Assembly: GCA_963842165.1 (NCBI GenBank)
Contig: CAWJFK010000029.1
Span: 24,048 to 88,047 of the forward strand
Direction: 5' to 3'
Length of the DNA: 64,000 nt
DNA from: an uncultured Thermoplasmata archaeon
GTDB taxonomy: Archaea; Thermoplasmatota; Thermoplasmata; Lutacidiplasmatales; UBA184
How positions within the stretch are numbered: position 1 is the first letter of the stretch; each line of letters opens with the position of its first letter. The translations under genes and the position numbers were made by a program. The notes beneath the pieces were generated by a model. It worked only from the letters and a program-made list of their open reading frames with translations, made no database searches and was not told the DNA's origin. Positions 1-9,374 of this stretch are shown here, in pieces.

Positions 1-381
1 GAGGCCGAGATGCTTGTCGTAGAGGAAGCGGTGGATGAAGGGGATATCGCAGGAGAGGACGCTGCCCTCCTCACCGGCCTGACGATACTGATCGCGGTAT
101 TGCGGGACGAGCCAAGGCCGGTGGAGGGTGACCTTAGCCGCCGAACGCTTCTTCCCGCCGAGCCAGACGGTCGTGTCGGCGACGTCGAGGATCTCCGGGT
201 CGGCCTTTAGACGGGTCCGCGCGTCCTCCGTCGGTTCGGTGAGGAGGAAGTACGGCCGGAACCCGTGGTACCCGGGCGACCATCGCTCGCCCCTCCCGGG
301 TACGTCCATACAGTTCGACGACGACTCCGTCGTCGACCGCCTGATAGGAACCGTCGAGAAGGAACAGCTCGACGGGCGCAT
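1..381 (-). CDS. polB: Family B DNA polymerase, N-terminal fragment; runs off the window and the frame is interrupted twice
   Basis: Manual minus-strand translation from the ATG at 381-379 gives MRP / VELFLLDGSYQAVDDGVVVELYGRTREGR / YHGFRPYFLLTEPTEDARTRLKADPEILDVADTTVWLGGKKRSAAKVTLHRPWLVPQYRDQYRQAGEEGSVLSCDIPFIHRFLYDKHLGL. This resembles the archaeal PolB N-terminal region. It is absent from the ORF track because the frame switches near 370 and 290. Confidence 0.6.
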   Translation of the reverse strand, partial: MRPSSCSFSTVPIRRSTTESSSNCMDVPGRGERWSPGYHGFRPYFLLTEPTEDARTRLKADPEILDVADTTVWLGGKKRSAAKVTLHRPWLVPQYRDQYRQAGEEGSVLSCDIPFIHRFLYDKHLGL

Positions 382-403
382 GCGGGCCGGACCCCGAGGT
401 CGA

Positions 404-1055
404 TTATGAGGGTTCCCGGGACGAGAGCCCACCGGTGCGGGCGAGCCAGGTGCCGAACGCGGCGAAGTCCGAGCGCCAGCGCTGGGCCATCAGCCGGGAC
501 CGCAGTGCCGCCGCGGGGTGGATGAGCGGGAAGAGCATGCGTCCCTCCAACGGCCGGGGTTGGCCGGCCGCGAGGAGGACCCGCGGCGCCGAGGGGTCGA
601 GCGCCCCGAGCGCATACGCCCCGAGGGAGACCAGGACGGAGGGGTGCAGGAGTTCCAGTTGCCGGTCGAGGTACGGGCGGCAGGTCACGGCCGCGGTGCG
701 GTCAAACCGTTCGGGGGGGCCGACACTTGATCAGATTGAGGACGCCGTAGGTCGCCGGATCCACTCCCGCTTCGGCGAGGGCCGCATCGAGACGTTGTCC
801 CGACCGCCCGACGAACGGGAGACCGAGTCGGTCCTCGGTCGCCCCGGGGGCCTCCCCCACGAAGACGATGCGGGGGGTGGCGCTCCCTCGATAAATGACC
901 GCATGGGTCCGCGAGACGTGCAGCGGACACTTCCGGCAGCCCCGGATCTCCGCCTCCAGTTGGGACCAAGCCGGACCGAAGGTGACCGCGGGCGAAGCCA
1001 GGGACGGAGGGGTTGACGGAGCGGGTCCCGACCTCGCGAGCCCCGACGAACGCAT
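404..1055 (-). CDS. udg: Family 4 uracil-DNA glycosylase, frameshifted as sequenced
   Basis: ORF 702..1127 carries GCRKCPLHVSRTHAVIYRGSATPRIVFVGEAPGATEDRLGLPFVGRSGQRL...LIKCRPP. ORF 404..688 continues with CRPYLDRQLELLHPSVLVSLG...FPLIHPAAALR. The frame change lies in the G7 run at 713-719. An ATG at 1055 is preferred as the start because the S12 promoter lies upstream of it. Confidence 0.75.
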
Positions 1056-1080
1056 GCGCGGGCAGCTCACGGCACGGACC

Positions 1081-1088
1081 TTAAATAG
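1081..1088 (+). promoter_or_regulatory. Putative TATA box for the S12-S7-EF2 operon
   Basis: TTAAATAGCG lies about 33-40 nt upstream of the rps12 ATG at 1121, as an AT-rich island in GC-rich DNA. The same 10-mer occurs upstream of rrp4. Confidence 0.5.
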
Positions 1089-1120
1089 CGGGACCAGGTG
1101 GCTCGACCCCTTCGCCGAAG

Positions 1121-1555
1121 ATGTCACCGCCCTCTGGAATCAACACTGCGGGTCGCCTGGCGACCCTTCGCCAGCGCCGACGCTGGTCGGACCGGTACTA
1201 CAAGCGCCGGACCCTCCACTTGAAGGAGCGTTCGGACCCCCTCGAAGGGGCCCCTCAGGCTCGCGGAATCGTCATCGAGAAGGTCGGGGTAGAGGCCAAA
1301 CAGCCCAACTCGGCCATCCGGAAGTGCGTGAAAGTTCAGCTGATCAAGAACGGCCGTCAGGTCACCGCCTTCGCCGTCGGGGACGGCGCGATCAACTTCA
1401 TCGATGAGCACGACGAGGTCCTCGTGGAGGGGATCGGTGGCCGCATGGGCCGTTCCTACGGGGACATCCCCGGCGTCCGCTACAAAGTGATCCAGGTCAA
1501 CAGCGTCTCCCTGGACGAGCTCGTCCGCGGACGCAAGGAGAAGCCGGCCCGATGA
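1121..1555 (+). CDS. rps12: 30S ribosomal protein S12 (uS12)
   Basis: The 144-aa ORF contains the typical archaeal S12 sequence: [65 protein letters not shown]. Confidence 0.95.
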   Translation: MSPPSGINTAGRLATLRQRRRWSDRYYKRRTLHLKERSDPLEGAPQARGIVIEKVGVEAKQPNSAIRKCVKVQLIKNGRQVTAFAVGDGAINFIDEHDEVLVEGIGGRMGRSYGDIPGVRYKVIQVNSVSLDELVRGRKEKPAR

Positions 1556-2214
1556 GCGGTTCGCGCGAGACGACGTTCACCGCCGAACCCCCGGCCGAGG
1601 AGCCGGGGCCGGTCATCGTACGACCGGAGGCACCGCCACCCCCGCCCTTTCCGCTGCCTCCGCTCTTCGGGAAGTACTCCTTCGAGGGGATCACCGTCCA
1701 CGACCCCGGTCTTCTCCCCTACCTCTACCTCCACCCCATCTACGCTCCGCACACGGAGGGACGCCTCGCCGGCCGCCCGTTCCTCAAGACCCGCATGCAC
1801 CTGGTCGAGCGGCTCGCGAACATGCTGATGAAAGGCGGAAAGTTCACGGGCAAGAAGTCGAAGGCGCTCTCGACGATCCGCAAGGCGTTCGACGAGGTCT
1901 ACGAGAAGGAGAAGACGAACCCCCTCCAGCTCCTGGTCGACGCCGTGGAGAACGCCGCGCCCCGGGAAGAGGTGACGCGTCTCCAGTTCGGCGGTATCTC
2001 CGTCCCGCGCGCCGTGGATGCCTCTCCGGCCCGTCGCCTGAACGTCGCCATCCGGAACATCGCGACCGGCGCGATCCAGGCCTCTCACAAGTCCACGAAG
2101 GCGATCCACACGTGCCTCGCGGACGAGATCCGCCTCGCCGCCAAGGGGGACCAGACGTCCTTCGCGGTCGGGCGCAAGGAAGAAGTCGAACGGGTCGCTC
2201 AGTCGGCGCGCTGA
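1552..2214 (+). CDS. rps7: 30S ribosomal protein S7 (uS7) with a Pro-rich N-terminal extension
   Basis: An ATGA overlap joins it to the rps12 stop. The S7 core is [23 protein letters not shown]...[30 protein letters not shown]...[37 protein letters not shown]. Confidence 0.9.
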   Translation: MSGSRETTFTAEPPAEEPGPVIVRPEAPPPPPFPLPPLFGKYSFEGITVHDPGLLPYLYLHPIYAPHTEGRLAGRPFLKTRMHLVERLANMLMKGGKFTGKKSKALSTIRKAFDEVYEKEKTNPLQLLVDAVENAAPREEVTRLQFGGISVPRAVDASPARRLNVAIRNIATGAIQASHKSTKAIHTCLADEIRLAAKGDQTSFAVGRKEEVERVAQSAR

Positions 2215-2236
2215 GCACGCGGAGGAGGGCCAAGAC

Positions 2237-4438
2237 ATGACGCACATTCGAGCCGAACTGGCGAAAGCCATTCCCGAGATGATGCGGAGCACCGACCACA
2301 TCCGGAACATCGGGATCGTGGCCCACATCCACCACGGGAAGACGACCCTGAGCGACAACCTCCTCGCGGCCGCGGGGATGATCTCGAACGAGCTCGCGGG
2401 CAAGCAACTCTATCTCAACTTCGACGAGCAGGAGCAGGCCCGCCTCCTCACGATCAACAACGCGGACGTCACGATCGTCCACGAGTTCAACAACGAGAAC
2501 TATCTCATCAACCTCATCGACACGCCCGGCCACGTCGACTTCGGCGGGGACGTCACCCGCGCGATGCGCGCGGTCGACGGCGCCGTGGTCGTGGTGTGCG
2601 CCGTCGAGGGCGTCATGGCCCAGACCGAGACGGTGCTCCGCCAGGCGCTCCGCGAGAAGGTCAAACCGATCCTGTTCATCAACAAGGTCGACCGGGCGAT
2701 CAAGGAGCTCCAGCTCACCAGCGACGCGCTCCAGAAGCGCTTCACGGCGATCATCACGGAGGTGAACGAGCTCATCCGGAAGATGGCACCCGAGGAGTTC
2801 GTCGACGAGTGGAGCGTCGACCCGCGCGATGGGTCCGTCGCCTTCGGGTCGGGGTACGACAATTGGGCGATCAGCGTGCCCTACATGCAGAAGACCGGCG
2901 TGAAGTTCCCCGACATCATCGAGTACGTCACGACCGGCCGGACCAAGGAGATCGCTCAGAAGGCCAAGATCAACGACGTCATCTTCGACATGGTCATCCG
3001 GCACCTCCCCAACCCCCGCCAGGCCCAGAAGTACCGGATCCCGAACATCTGGAAGGGCGACACCTCGAGCCCGGTCGGCATCGCCATGGCCACCACCGAC
3101 GCCTCCGGCCCCACCTCGTTCATGGTCACCGACATCACGATGGACCCGAGCGCCGGCGAGATCGCTACGGGGCGCGTCTTCTCCGGCAAGATCGCGAAGG
3201 GGATGGAGCTCTCGATCGTGGGAACGAAGATCAAGAACCGCGTCCAGCACGTCTCGCTGTTCATGGGCCCCGAGCGGCTGATGGTCGACGAGGTACAGGC
3301 GGGGAACATCGCCGCGGTCATCGGGCTCACGGACGCGTTCGCCGGGACGACCATGTCGACCGTGCAGGACATGGCGCCGTTCGAGGAGATCCGCCACGTC
3401 TCCGAGCCGGTCGTGACCGTCGCGATCGAGCCGAAGCGCATGGCCGACCTGCCGAAGCTCATCGAGACGATGCGGAAGATCGCGAAGGAGGATGCGAGCC
3501 TCCGGGTCGAGATCAACCAGGAGACCGGCGAGCATTTGCTCTCCGGGATGGGCGAGCTCCACCTCGAGATCACCCAGTACCGGATCGTCAACGACTACAA
3601 GGTCGAGATCGAGGCGTCGAAGCCGATCGTCGTCTACCGGGAGCTCGTCCGTCACCCGGGCGGCCCCTTCGAGGGCAAGTCCCCGAACAAGCACAACAAG
3701 TTCTACTTCGAGGTCGAGGCGCTCCCGATGGGCGTGGTCGAGGCGATCCGCGAGGGCGAGATCCCCCAGGGGAAGTCGTTCAAGGACACGAAGCTCCTCG
3801 TCACGAAGCTCGAGTCCCTCGGCGTCACGCGGGACGAAGGCCGTGGGATCGTCGCCGTCGACGGGACGAACATCCTCTTTGACGTCACCAAGGGCATCCA
3901 GAACCTGAACGAGACGATGGACCTCGTCGTCGACGCGTTCAAGGAGGCGATGAACCGCGGTCCCCTCGCCAACGAGAAGGTCTACGGCCTCAAGATCCGC
4001 CTGGTCGACGCGAAGCTCCACGAGGACTCGATCCACCGCGGCCCCGCGCAGACGATCCCCGCCGCCCGCAGCGGGATCTACGGCGCGATGGTGCTCGGGG
4101 ACCGGATGCTGCTCGAGCCGTTCCAGAAGGTCACGGTCAACGTCCCGCAGGAGGTCCTCGCTCCCTCGACCCGCGAGCTCCAGCGGCGGCGCGGCGAGAT
4201 CCTCGACATGACGAGCGTCGGCGACCTGCAGACCATCGTGGCCAAGGTCCCGGTCGCGGAGATGTTCGGATTCGCCTCCGACATCCGGAGCGCCACGGCC
4301 GGCAAGGTCCTCTGGTCGACGGAGTCGATGGGCTTCGAGCCCGTTCCGACCGAGCTCCAGAAGGCGGTGGTCGCCGAGATCCGCCAGCGGCGCGGCCTCA
4401 AGCCCGAGCCGTACGACGCGGCCTACTACTCGGGGTAG
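2237..4438 (+). CDS. fusA: Translation elongation factor 2 (aEF-2)
   Basis: The 733-aa ORF has the GTPase motifs AHIHHGKTTLSD, DTPGHVDF and NKVDR, full EF-2 length, and the conserved position after S12/S7. Confidence 0.95.
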   Translation: MTHIRAELAKAIPEMMRSTDHIRNIGIVAHIHHGKTTLSDNLLAAAGMISNELAGKQLYLNFDEQEQARLLTINNADVTIVHEFNNENYLINLIDTPGHVDFGGDVTRAMRAVDGAVVVVCAVEGVMAQTETVLRQALREKVKPILFINKVDRAIKELQLTSDALQKRFTAIITEVNELIRKMAPEEFVDEWSVDPRDGSVAFGSGYDNWAISVPYMQKTGVKFPDIIEYVTTGRTKEIAQKAKINDVIFDMVIRHLPNPRQAQKYRIPNIWKGDTSSPVGIAMATTDASGPTSFMVTDITMDPSAGEIATGRVFSGKIAKGMELSIVGTKIKNRVQHVSLFMGPERLMVDEVQAGNIAAVIGLTDAFAGTTMSTVQDMAPFEEIRHVSEPVVTVAIEPKRMADLPKLIETMRKIAKEDASLRVEINQETGEHLLSGMGELHLEITQYRIVNDYKVEIEASKPIVVYRELVRHPGGPFEGKSPNKHNKFYFEVEALPMGVVEAIREGEIPQGKSFKDTKLLVTKLESLGVTRDEGRGIVAVDGTNILFDVTKGIQNLNETMDLVVDAFKEAMNRGPLANEKVYGLKIRLVDAKLHEDSIHRGPAQTIPAARSGIYGAMVLGDRMLLEPFQKVTVNVPQEVLAPSTRELQRRRGEILDMTSVGDLQTIVAKVPVAEMFGFASDIRSATAGKVLWSTESMGFEPVPTELQKAVVAEIRQRRGLKPEPYDAAYYSG

Positions 4439-4466
4439 GCGGGGCCGGCTCGGCCGAGAGTGAAAG

Positions 4467-4643
4467 CTACTACAGGGCGTAGGTACGCTCGCGTGCTGAA
4501 GCGTACTACAGCTGTAGTAGGTCGAGACCCTGCTCACGTCCGGAAGGACGGGGCACGGGTTATGTTACTACATATTGTAGTAGGTAAGCCCTTGGCGGGA
4601 TCCGACGGGGTCGGGGCGGTCCGAAGCAACTACGCTACGTAGT
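4467..4643. repeat. Cluster of four related imperfect palindromes (ACTAC-N-GTAGT arms) in the fusA/ogt convergent spacer
   Basis: The four units are CTACTACAGGGCGTAGGTA (4467-4485), TACTACAGCTGTAGTA (4504-4519, a perfect 16-mer), TACTACATATTGTAGTA (4566-4582) and ACTACGCTACGTAGT (4629-4643). They lie in a locally AT-richer stretch. Confidence 0.7.
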
Positions 4644-5237
4644 GGGTGGGGCGAGTCGGTGGGATGACCCGTGCCCCGCTCGAGCTCCGTCGAGGGTCCG
4701 CTGCCCGCGATGGCTCGGGCCCTCGGCCGAGCGGGAGCGCAGCGGCCAGGCTCCCTCGTGGTCGAGCAACCAGCGCTTTCGCCAAAGGCCGAGTCCGAAG
4801 CCCGTGATGGCTCCGCCCTGGCCGACTACCCGGTGGCAGGGGATGATGATCGGGATCGGATTGCGGGCCATCGCTCCGCCGACCGCCCGCGCGGACCCGG
4901 GAAAACCCGCTCGGCGGGCCAGCTCCCCGTACGTCACGGTATGGCCCGCGTTCACTTGCAGGAGCAATTTCCAGATGGCCCGGTCGAAGCTGGAAGCGGT
5001 GTCGGGGTCGACCTCGACGGAGAACTCGCGGCGCGCCCCTCGGAAGTACTCGCTCAACTGGCGCGGCGGGCTGCCGGCCCGGAATGGGGGCTTCCGACGA
5101 ACGGCTCCCGGGGGAACCCCGGTCTGGGGGACCCCGTTCTCCAGGAGGTCGAGGACGCGTACGTGATCGCCCTGGTACACGATGCGGAACACGCCGATGG
5201 GCGTGGAAACGTCGGCGACCTCGACCGGGTCGACCAT
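4635..5237 (-). CDS. ogt: O6-methylguanine-DNA methyltransferase
   Basis: The C-terminal part of track ORF 4635..7328 starts at an ATG at 5237. It carries TYGELARRAGFPGSARAVGGAMARNPIPIIIPCHRVVGQGGAITGF with the PCHRV active site, plus a tail of about 40 aa. Confidence 0.85.
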   Translation of the reverse strand: MVDPVEVADVSTPIGVFRIVYQGDHVRVLDLLENGVPQTGVPPGAVRRKPPFRAGSPPRQLSEYFRGARREFSVEVDPDTASSFDRAIWKLLLQVNAGHTVTYGELARRAGFPGSARAVGGAMARNPIPIIIPCHRVVGQGGAITGFGLGLWRKRWLLDHEGAWPLRSRSAEGPSHRGQRTLDGARAGHGSSHRLAPPTT

Positions 5238-5287
5238 GGGGTCGCGAAGAGCCACGGCCTTATCTCCGTTGGCCCGCGCCCGAGAAC

Positions 5288-5963
5288 CTACTCGAGCCCG
5301 CGGTCCGTGATGAGGAACTCCGCCGAACCCTCGGGCCGGTCCCGGTGCTTCTTGAGGACGGCGCGGCGGCGCGGGCCCGGGAGGCGTTCGAACGAGAGGA
5401 TCGTCTTCGCGGCGTGGTTCAGGAACGAGCCCCCCACGGGCTCGAGCGTCCCCTCGCGCATGCTCCGCCAGACCTGGTTCGTGATGAGGACGGGGAGATG
5501 GGCTCGGCATCGCGGTGAGGACCAGGTCCGAGATCTCGAGCGAGAGGGCCTGACGGGCATCGTCCTCGTCCGGCCCGGAGAGCGAGAGCCGGTAGTACGC
5601 CGTCGCGGAGTCGACCACCAAGAGACCGACCGGGCGGCGACCCTCCCGGGCGAGGGCGCAGGCGGTCCGGACCGCGGCGGTCTGCTCGTCCAGGTCCTTC
5701 GGGGTGGAGAGCAGGAACCGCTTGAGGAGCTTCTCGAGGCCGTCCCCGGCCATCGAGCGCAATCGGTCGACGCTCACGCCCTCGGTGTCGACGTAGAAAA
5801 CCCAGCGGCCGTCGCGAGCCACCCGGTGGGCGACCTCGAGGCAGAAGAGCGTCTTGCCGCTCCCGCCCTCCCCGTAGACCTCGGTGACCGAGTCGGTCTC
5901 CAGCCCGCCACCGAGGAGCCGGTCGATCGAGGCGATCCCGGTCGCCAGTCGGTCGGGTGCCAT
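5288..5963 (-). CDS. radB: DNA repair and recombination protein RadB, frameshifted as sequenced
   Basis: The start is MAPDRLATGIASIDRLLGGGLETDSVTEVYGEGGSGKTLFCLEVAH (Walker A). The protein continues in ORF 5288..5560 as HLPVLITNQVWRSMREGTLEPVGGSFLNHAAKTILSFERL. The frame change is near 5500-5515. Confidence 0.8.
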
Positions 5964-6012
5964 CGGCCGCCGAGAGCGCGTCCGCGCCTTAATCCCTCGG
6001 CCGCGGCGCGGG

Positions 6013-7365
6013 TCAGGGGGGTCCGGCGAGAGGGTAGGCCCGGTCGAGCTCCGGGAGGGCGGACCGAGGGTCCGGTCGTCTCCAGCGCTTCCGGGTGGAT
6101 CGTGTGGATGGGGTAGACCGTCTTCGCGCCGGTCGCCCGGATGATCTCGACGAGCTCGGGGCCCGAAGCGTGCCCGCTCGCATGCATTTGGTGGAACGTG
6201 AGGCCGAAGTGCTTCAGCCAGTTGTGCATGACGTGGGCGTCGACGTCGTCCTCGCTGAACGGCTCGCTCATGGAATGGATGAACGGGCTCCCCTTCGGCG
6301 GACGGAGGTCGATGAGCTCGGTGAAGTGGCTGAGCTCCAGCGCGAGCAGGTACTTCGCGCCGTTCGCGCGCACCTCGGCCGAGGAGAGCGCGGCCTCGAG
6401 GTAGGGTCGCTCCCAGAGGTAGGAGGTGAGCTTCTTCCGTGCATAGACTCGGATCCCGGGGGTCACGCCGGGGATCGGCAGCGCCCCCGTGGGGTAGCGC
6501 GGAGCGACCTGGGTGAGCAAGTGGGCCGTCCGCACCGAGACGACGAGCTCCCGTTCGGCGGCCCGGGCGGCCGCGTAGAGCGTCGTCAGACGGTCGATGT
6601 CCCGGGGGTACGTGCACGCGAACGCGAGCTGGGGCTCTGCCCCGAGGACACGGTCGACGCTTCGCCGTACTCCCTCCTCGGAGAGGTTGCGTCGCGCGTC
6701 GGGGCCAGCCCGCGTTCCCTCGATGAGGAGGGAATCGACGCCCCTCCCGTCGGACCGCGTCGAAGAAGGCGTGCGTGTCGGCCGCGCGCGGACCGTGATG
6801 GCGGAAGTCGCCGGAGTAGGCGAGCGTCCCTCCGCTCGTCCGCACGAGGAACCCGTAGGCGAACGGGATCGAGTGGTCGACGGGGTACGGGACCACCTCG
6901 ATCTGGCCGACCCGGATCGGCGTCCGGTCGGCGAACACCTTCCAGGGGTGCGTGCCGTACCTCATCCGGGTCGACGTCTCGATCGCCGTCAACAGGGCCC
7001 GGGTCCCCTCGCCCACGTAGACCGGGATCGCGGGGTCGACGAGGGTCGAGGTAGCCCGCGTGGTCGGCGTGCGCGTGGCTGACGAAGATCGCGTGCACCT
7101 CGGGCTCGGTGTAGGCGAGGTCCGAGTCGGCGAGCGCCTCCTGGGAATACAACCCCGGGATCCGGGGCAGGAGGTCGAACTCGAGGAGGTCCTTCGCCTT
7201 GGAGGCGGAGCGCGGCTGCAGGTAGTCCCGGTAGTACTCCTCGACGCGCGGGGAGAACGACGGCCCGAAGTCGAAGAGGACGCGATCGGGGCCGTCCTCG
7301 ATGAGGATCTTGTTGCCGCCGATCTCACGGACCCCGCCCAGGAACCGGACGGTGGGTCCGCGCAT
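6013..7365 (-). CDS. rnj: Metallo-beta-lactamase/beta-CASP ribonuclease (archaeal RNase J-like), with at least three frame breaks
   Basis: The N-terminus is VRFLGGVREIGGNKILIED...IFVSHAHADHAGYL (HxHxDH motif). The middle part is VDPAIPVYVGEGTRALL...VPYPVDHSIPFAYGFLV...YSGDFRHHG. The C-terminal part is LLIEGTRAG...HFGLTFHQMHASGHASGPELVEIIRATGAKTVYPIHTIHPE. Frame changes lie near 7045, 6755 and probably 6055. The end at 6013 is inferred. Confidence 0.6.
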
Positions 7366-7413
7366 GGAGGGCCGAGGGGCCCGCGGGATTAGAGGGCTCG
7401 GGGGGAGACCCGC

Positions 7414-7548
7414 CTACCGGGCCTTGAGGACCTTCTTCACGTTGGGGTGTTCCTTCGTGAAGATCTTGCCGCCGCAGTTGTCGCAGCGGACGCCGAAGAG
7501 GTTGGCGTCGGAAGGGAGCGCTTCCTGGCAGCGAATGCACCGGAACAT
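7414..7548 (-). CDS. rpoP: DNA-directed RNA polymerase subunit P (Rpo12)
   Basis: This 44-aa ORF is below the track cutoff. Manual translation gives MFRCIRCQEALPSDANLFGVRCDNCGGKIFTKEHPNVKKVLKAR, a zinc ribbon (CxxC...CxxC). It sits in the conserved position after rpl37ae. Confidence 0.8.
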   Translation of the reverse strand: MFRCIRCQEALPSDANLFGVRCDNCGGKIFTKEHPNVKKVLKAR

Positions 7549-7572
7549 CGATGGAAAACGGAAACGGGCACC

Positions 7573-7842
7573 TTAAGCGTTGCCCGCCGCCTCCTCCTTG
7601 GTCGCTCGCTGGATCGGGGGCGGTGCCTCGAAGACGTAGGCGTTGGACGCGTACCGGACCCCGCACCGGCGGCACTCGAAGACCCCGCTCGCGACCCGGT
7701 GAAGCGTCACGGTCGAGCAGCGCGGGCAGGCGGCGTCCGGGCCGCGGGCCCGGTCGATCTCGAGGACGCGGCGGCGGATCCGGATCCCGTACCGGGGTCC
7801 CATCCAACCGGTCGCGCCGACCTTCTTCGTCCGCTTGCTCAC
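7573..7842 (-). CDS. rpl37ae: 50S ribosomal protein L37Ae (eL43)
   Basis: SKRTKKVGATGWMGPRYGIRIRRRVLEIDRARGPDAACPRCSTVTLHRVASGVFECRRCG is a zinc ribbon typical of eL43. The start codon is GTG. Confidence 0.9.
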   Translation of the reverse strand: MSKRTKKVGATGWMGPRYGIRIRRRVLEIDRARGPDAACPRCSTVTLHRVASGVFECRRCGVRYASNAYVFEAPPPIQRATKEEAAGNA

Positions 7843-8626
7843 GGCTTCCCTCCGCGGCGGCGATCCGCATCCGGTCCCCGTGGACCAAGGCGCGGCGCAC
7901 GACCTCCCGTACGCTCGGGGGAGAACGCGCCTACAAGACCCTTCTGCATGGCGACGACCCGGCCCGTCTCGTCGGTCGCGACCGTCAGCCCGGCCTTGTG
8001 CCGCCTGCTCCTCGTCGAACGTGGGGTCGACGAGCGAGCGCGTCGCCGAGCCGCACGAACGTACACTCGATCGGGACGTGCTGGAGGTCGAGCGGGTAGT
8101 CCGCCTCGGCGATCCCGAACCGTTTGGCGGGGACCGTCGCGTGGGCGAGGGCGGAGACGCCGGCGAGCATCGCCGCGTCGATGAGGTTGCCGGAGTGGTC
8201 GAGAACGTGGAGGTCGACGTAGCAGACCCACGTCTTCTCGCCCGGGGTCACGCACAGACGGGTGAGGTCGATCGCCTCGGCGGCGCGGATGGCGCGGTCG
8301 ACGACCCGCGAGACCTCGATCGCCCCGGGCTGCGGGGGACCGGGCTCGAAGACCGGCGATGAGAGCGGGATGAGCTCGGCGTTGGTCGTGAGCACGCCCG
8401 CGTTCGGAGTGTCGGGGAACGGCTTGCCCGGCTCGAGCTTGATGCCCGCGAGAACGACCGTGTCGCCGATGCGGACGAGCGCGGAGCCGTCCGCGGTCGT
8501 GACGAATCCCGGCTCCACTTCGATCCGGCGATACTCGTCCGGGCCGCGTCCGTCGAGCCGCTTGCCTTCGGCCGCGAGGTCGAGGACGTGGGCGATCCGG
8601 ATCTCGGCGGTCACTTCGGCCGTCAT
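7839..8626 (-). CDS. rrp42: Exosome complex component Rrp42, frame broken two or three times near the 3' end
   Basis: An ATGA overlap joins it to the rrp41 stop. RNase PH-like body: RLDGRGPDEYRRIEVEPGFVTTADGSALVRIGDTVVLAGIKLE...LHVLDHSGNLIDAAMLAGVSAL. The protein then shifts frame: ECTFVRLGDAL / LVDPTFDEEQAA / HKAGLTVATDETGRVVAMQKG, with breaks near 8030 and 8000. A further break at the G5 run 7917-7921 is possible. Confidence 0.8.
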
Positions 8627-9374
8627 ACGGCCCCCACGACCGCCGGCTCGACCGCGTAGCGGTCCCGGAGCGCTTGCTTCATCTTCTCGTAGATCGCCTT
8701 GCACCCAACGACGCCGAGGTCGAGCGCTTTCGACAGCTCGTCCGGCGTCATGTGGCCCTCCATCTGGAGGAGCACGAGGCGACCGGACTGCGGGACGAGG
8801 GCCATCGGGAGGTCCGCCTCGCCGAAGTTGTCCTCCTCCTTCTTGAGGTCGAGCGCGATCGCGCCGGCGATCTTGCCGACCGCCACGGCGGGCACGAGGT
8901 CGACCATCGGGATCCCCGCGTCGGCGAGGGCGACCGAGGCCGCGACCAGGCCGGCGCACCGGTCCCCGCGTTCGCCTGGAGCACCTCGATGTAGACGTCG
9001 ATGCTCGTCCGAGGGAACTCCTCGGCGAAGACGACCGACTCGAACGCTTCCGCGATGACCTTCGAGATCTCCTGCGAGCGGCGGTCGAGGCCGGGGCGTT
9101 TCCGCTCATCGACGGAGAACGCGGCCATGTTGTACTTGCACTGGATGACGGCCTTGTTGTTCTGCTGGAGGTGGCGCGGATGGACCTCGCGCGGTCCGTA
9201 GACCGCGGCCATCACCTTGTTGGCGCCCCACTCGACGAAGGCCGAGCCGTCCGCCTGGTGGAGCGGGCCGGCCTGGATCCGGAGCGGTCTCAGTTCGTCC
9301 AACCGTCGCCCGTCGATCCGCAGCCCTTCCGGGGTCAGCAGGACGGGGACGTCCTTTGCTCCTACGCTTCCCAT
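8623..9374 (-). CDS. rrp41: Exosome complex exonuclease Rrp41, frameshifted as sequenced
   Basis: ORF 8748..9374 carries [46 protein letters not shown]...[16 protein letters not shown] 8623..8907 continues with [30 protein letters not shown]...[13 protein letters not shown]. The break is near 8962. Confidence 0.85.

Noticed and set aside
1844-4537. An 897-aa ORF antisense to the EF-2 gene. Similar long antisense ORFs include 47744..49120 opposite metK, 28890..31124 and 30847..32532 opposite larE/uvrB, 56015..57178 opposite the cyclase, 61195..62604 opposite the surface protein, and 12457..13884 opposite the DUF255 gene.
   Set aside because: These ORFs are rich in Arg, Asp, Gly, Leu and Pro, show no family resemblance, and lie opposite strongly conserved genes. 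They are the expected stop-codon-poor shadow frames of GC-rich DNA.
4440-4680. A replication origin, suggested by inverted repeats in an AT-richer spacer.
   Set aside because: There is no adjacent orc1/cdc6 gene, no extended AT-rich unwinding element and no ORB-like G-rich consensus. The repeats sit between two convergent 3' ends, which fits an RNA or termination element better.
4635-7328. An 897-aa minus-strand ORF that could be read as one giant protein.
   Set aside because: It is a chimera. Its C-terminal third is Ogt, its middle is RadB, and an upstream segment is the central part of RNase J. These are joined by out-of-frame, low-complexity read-through across intergenic DNA.
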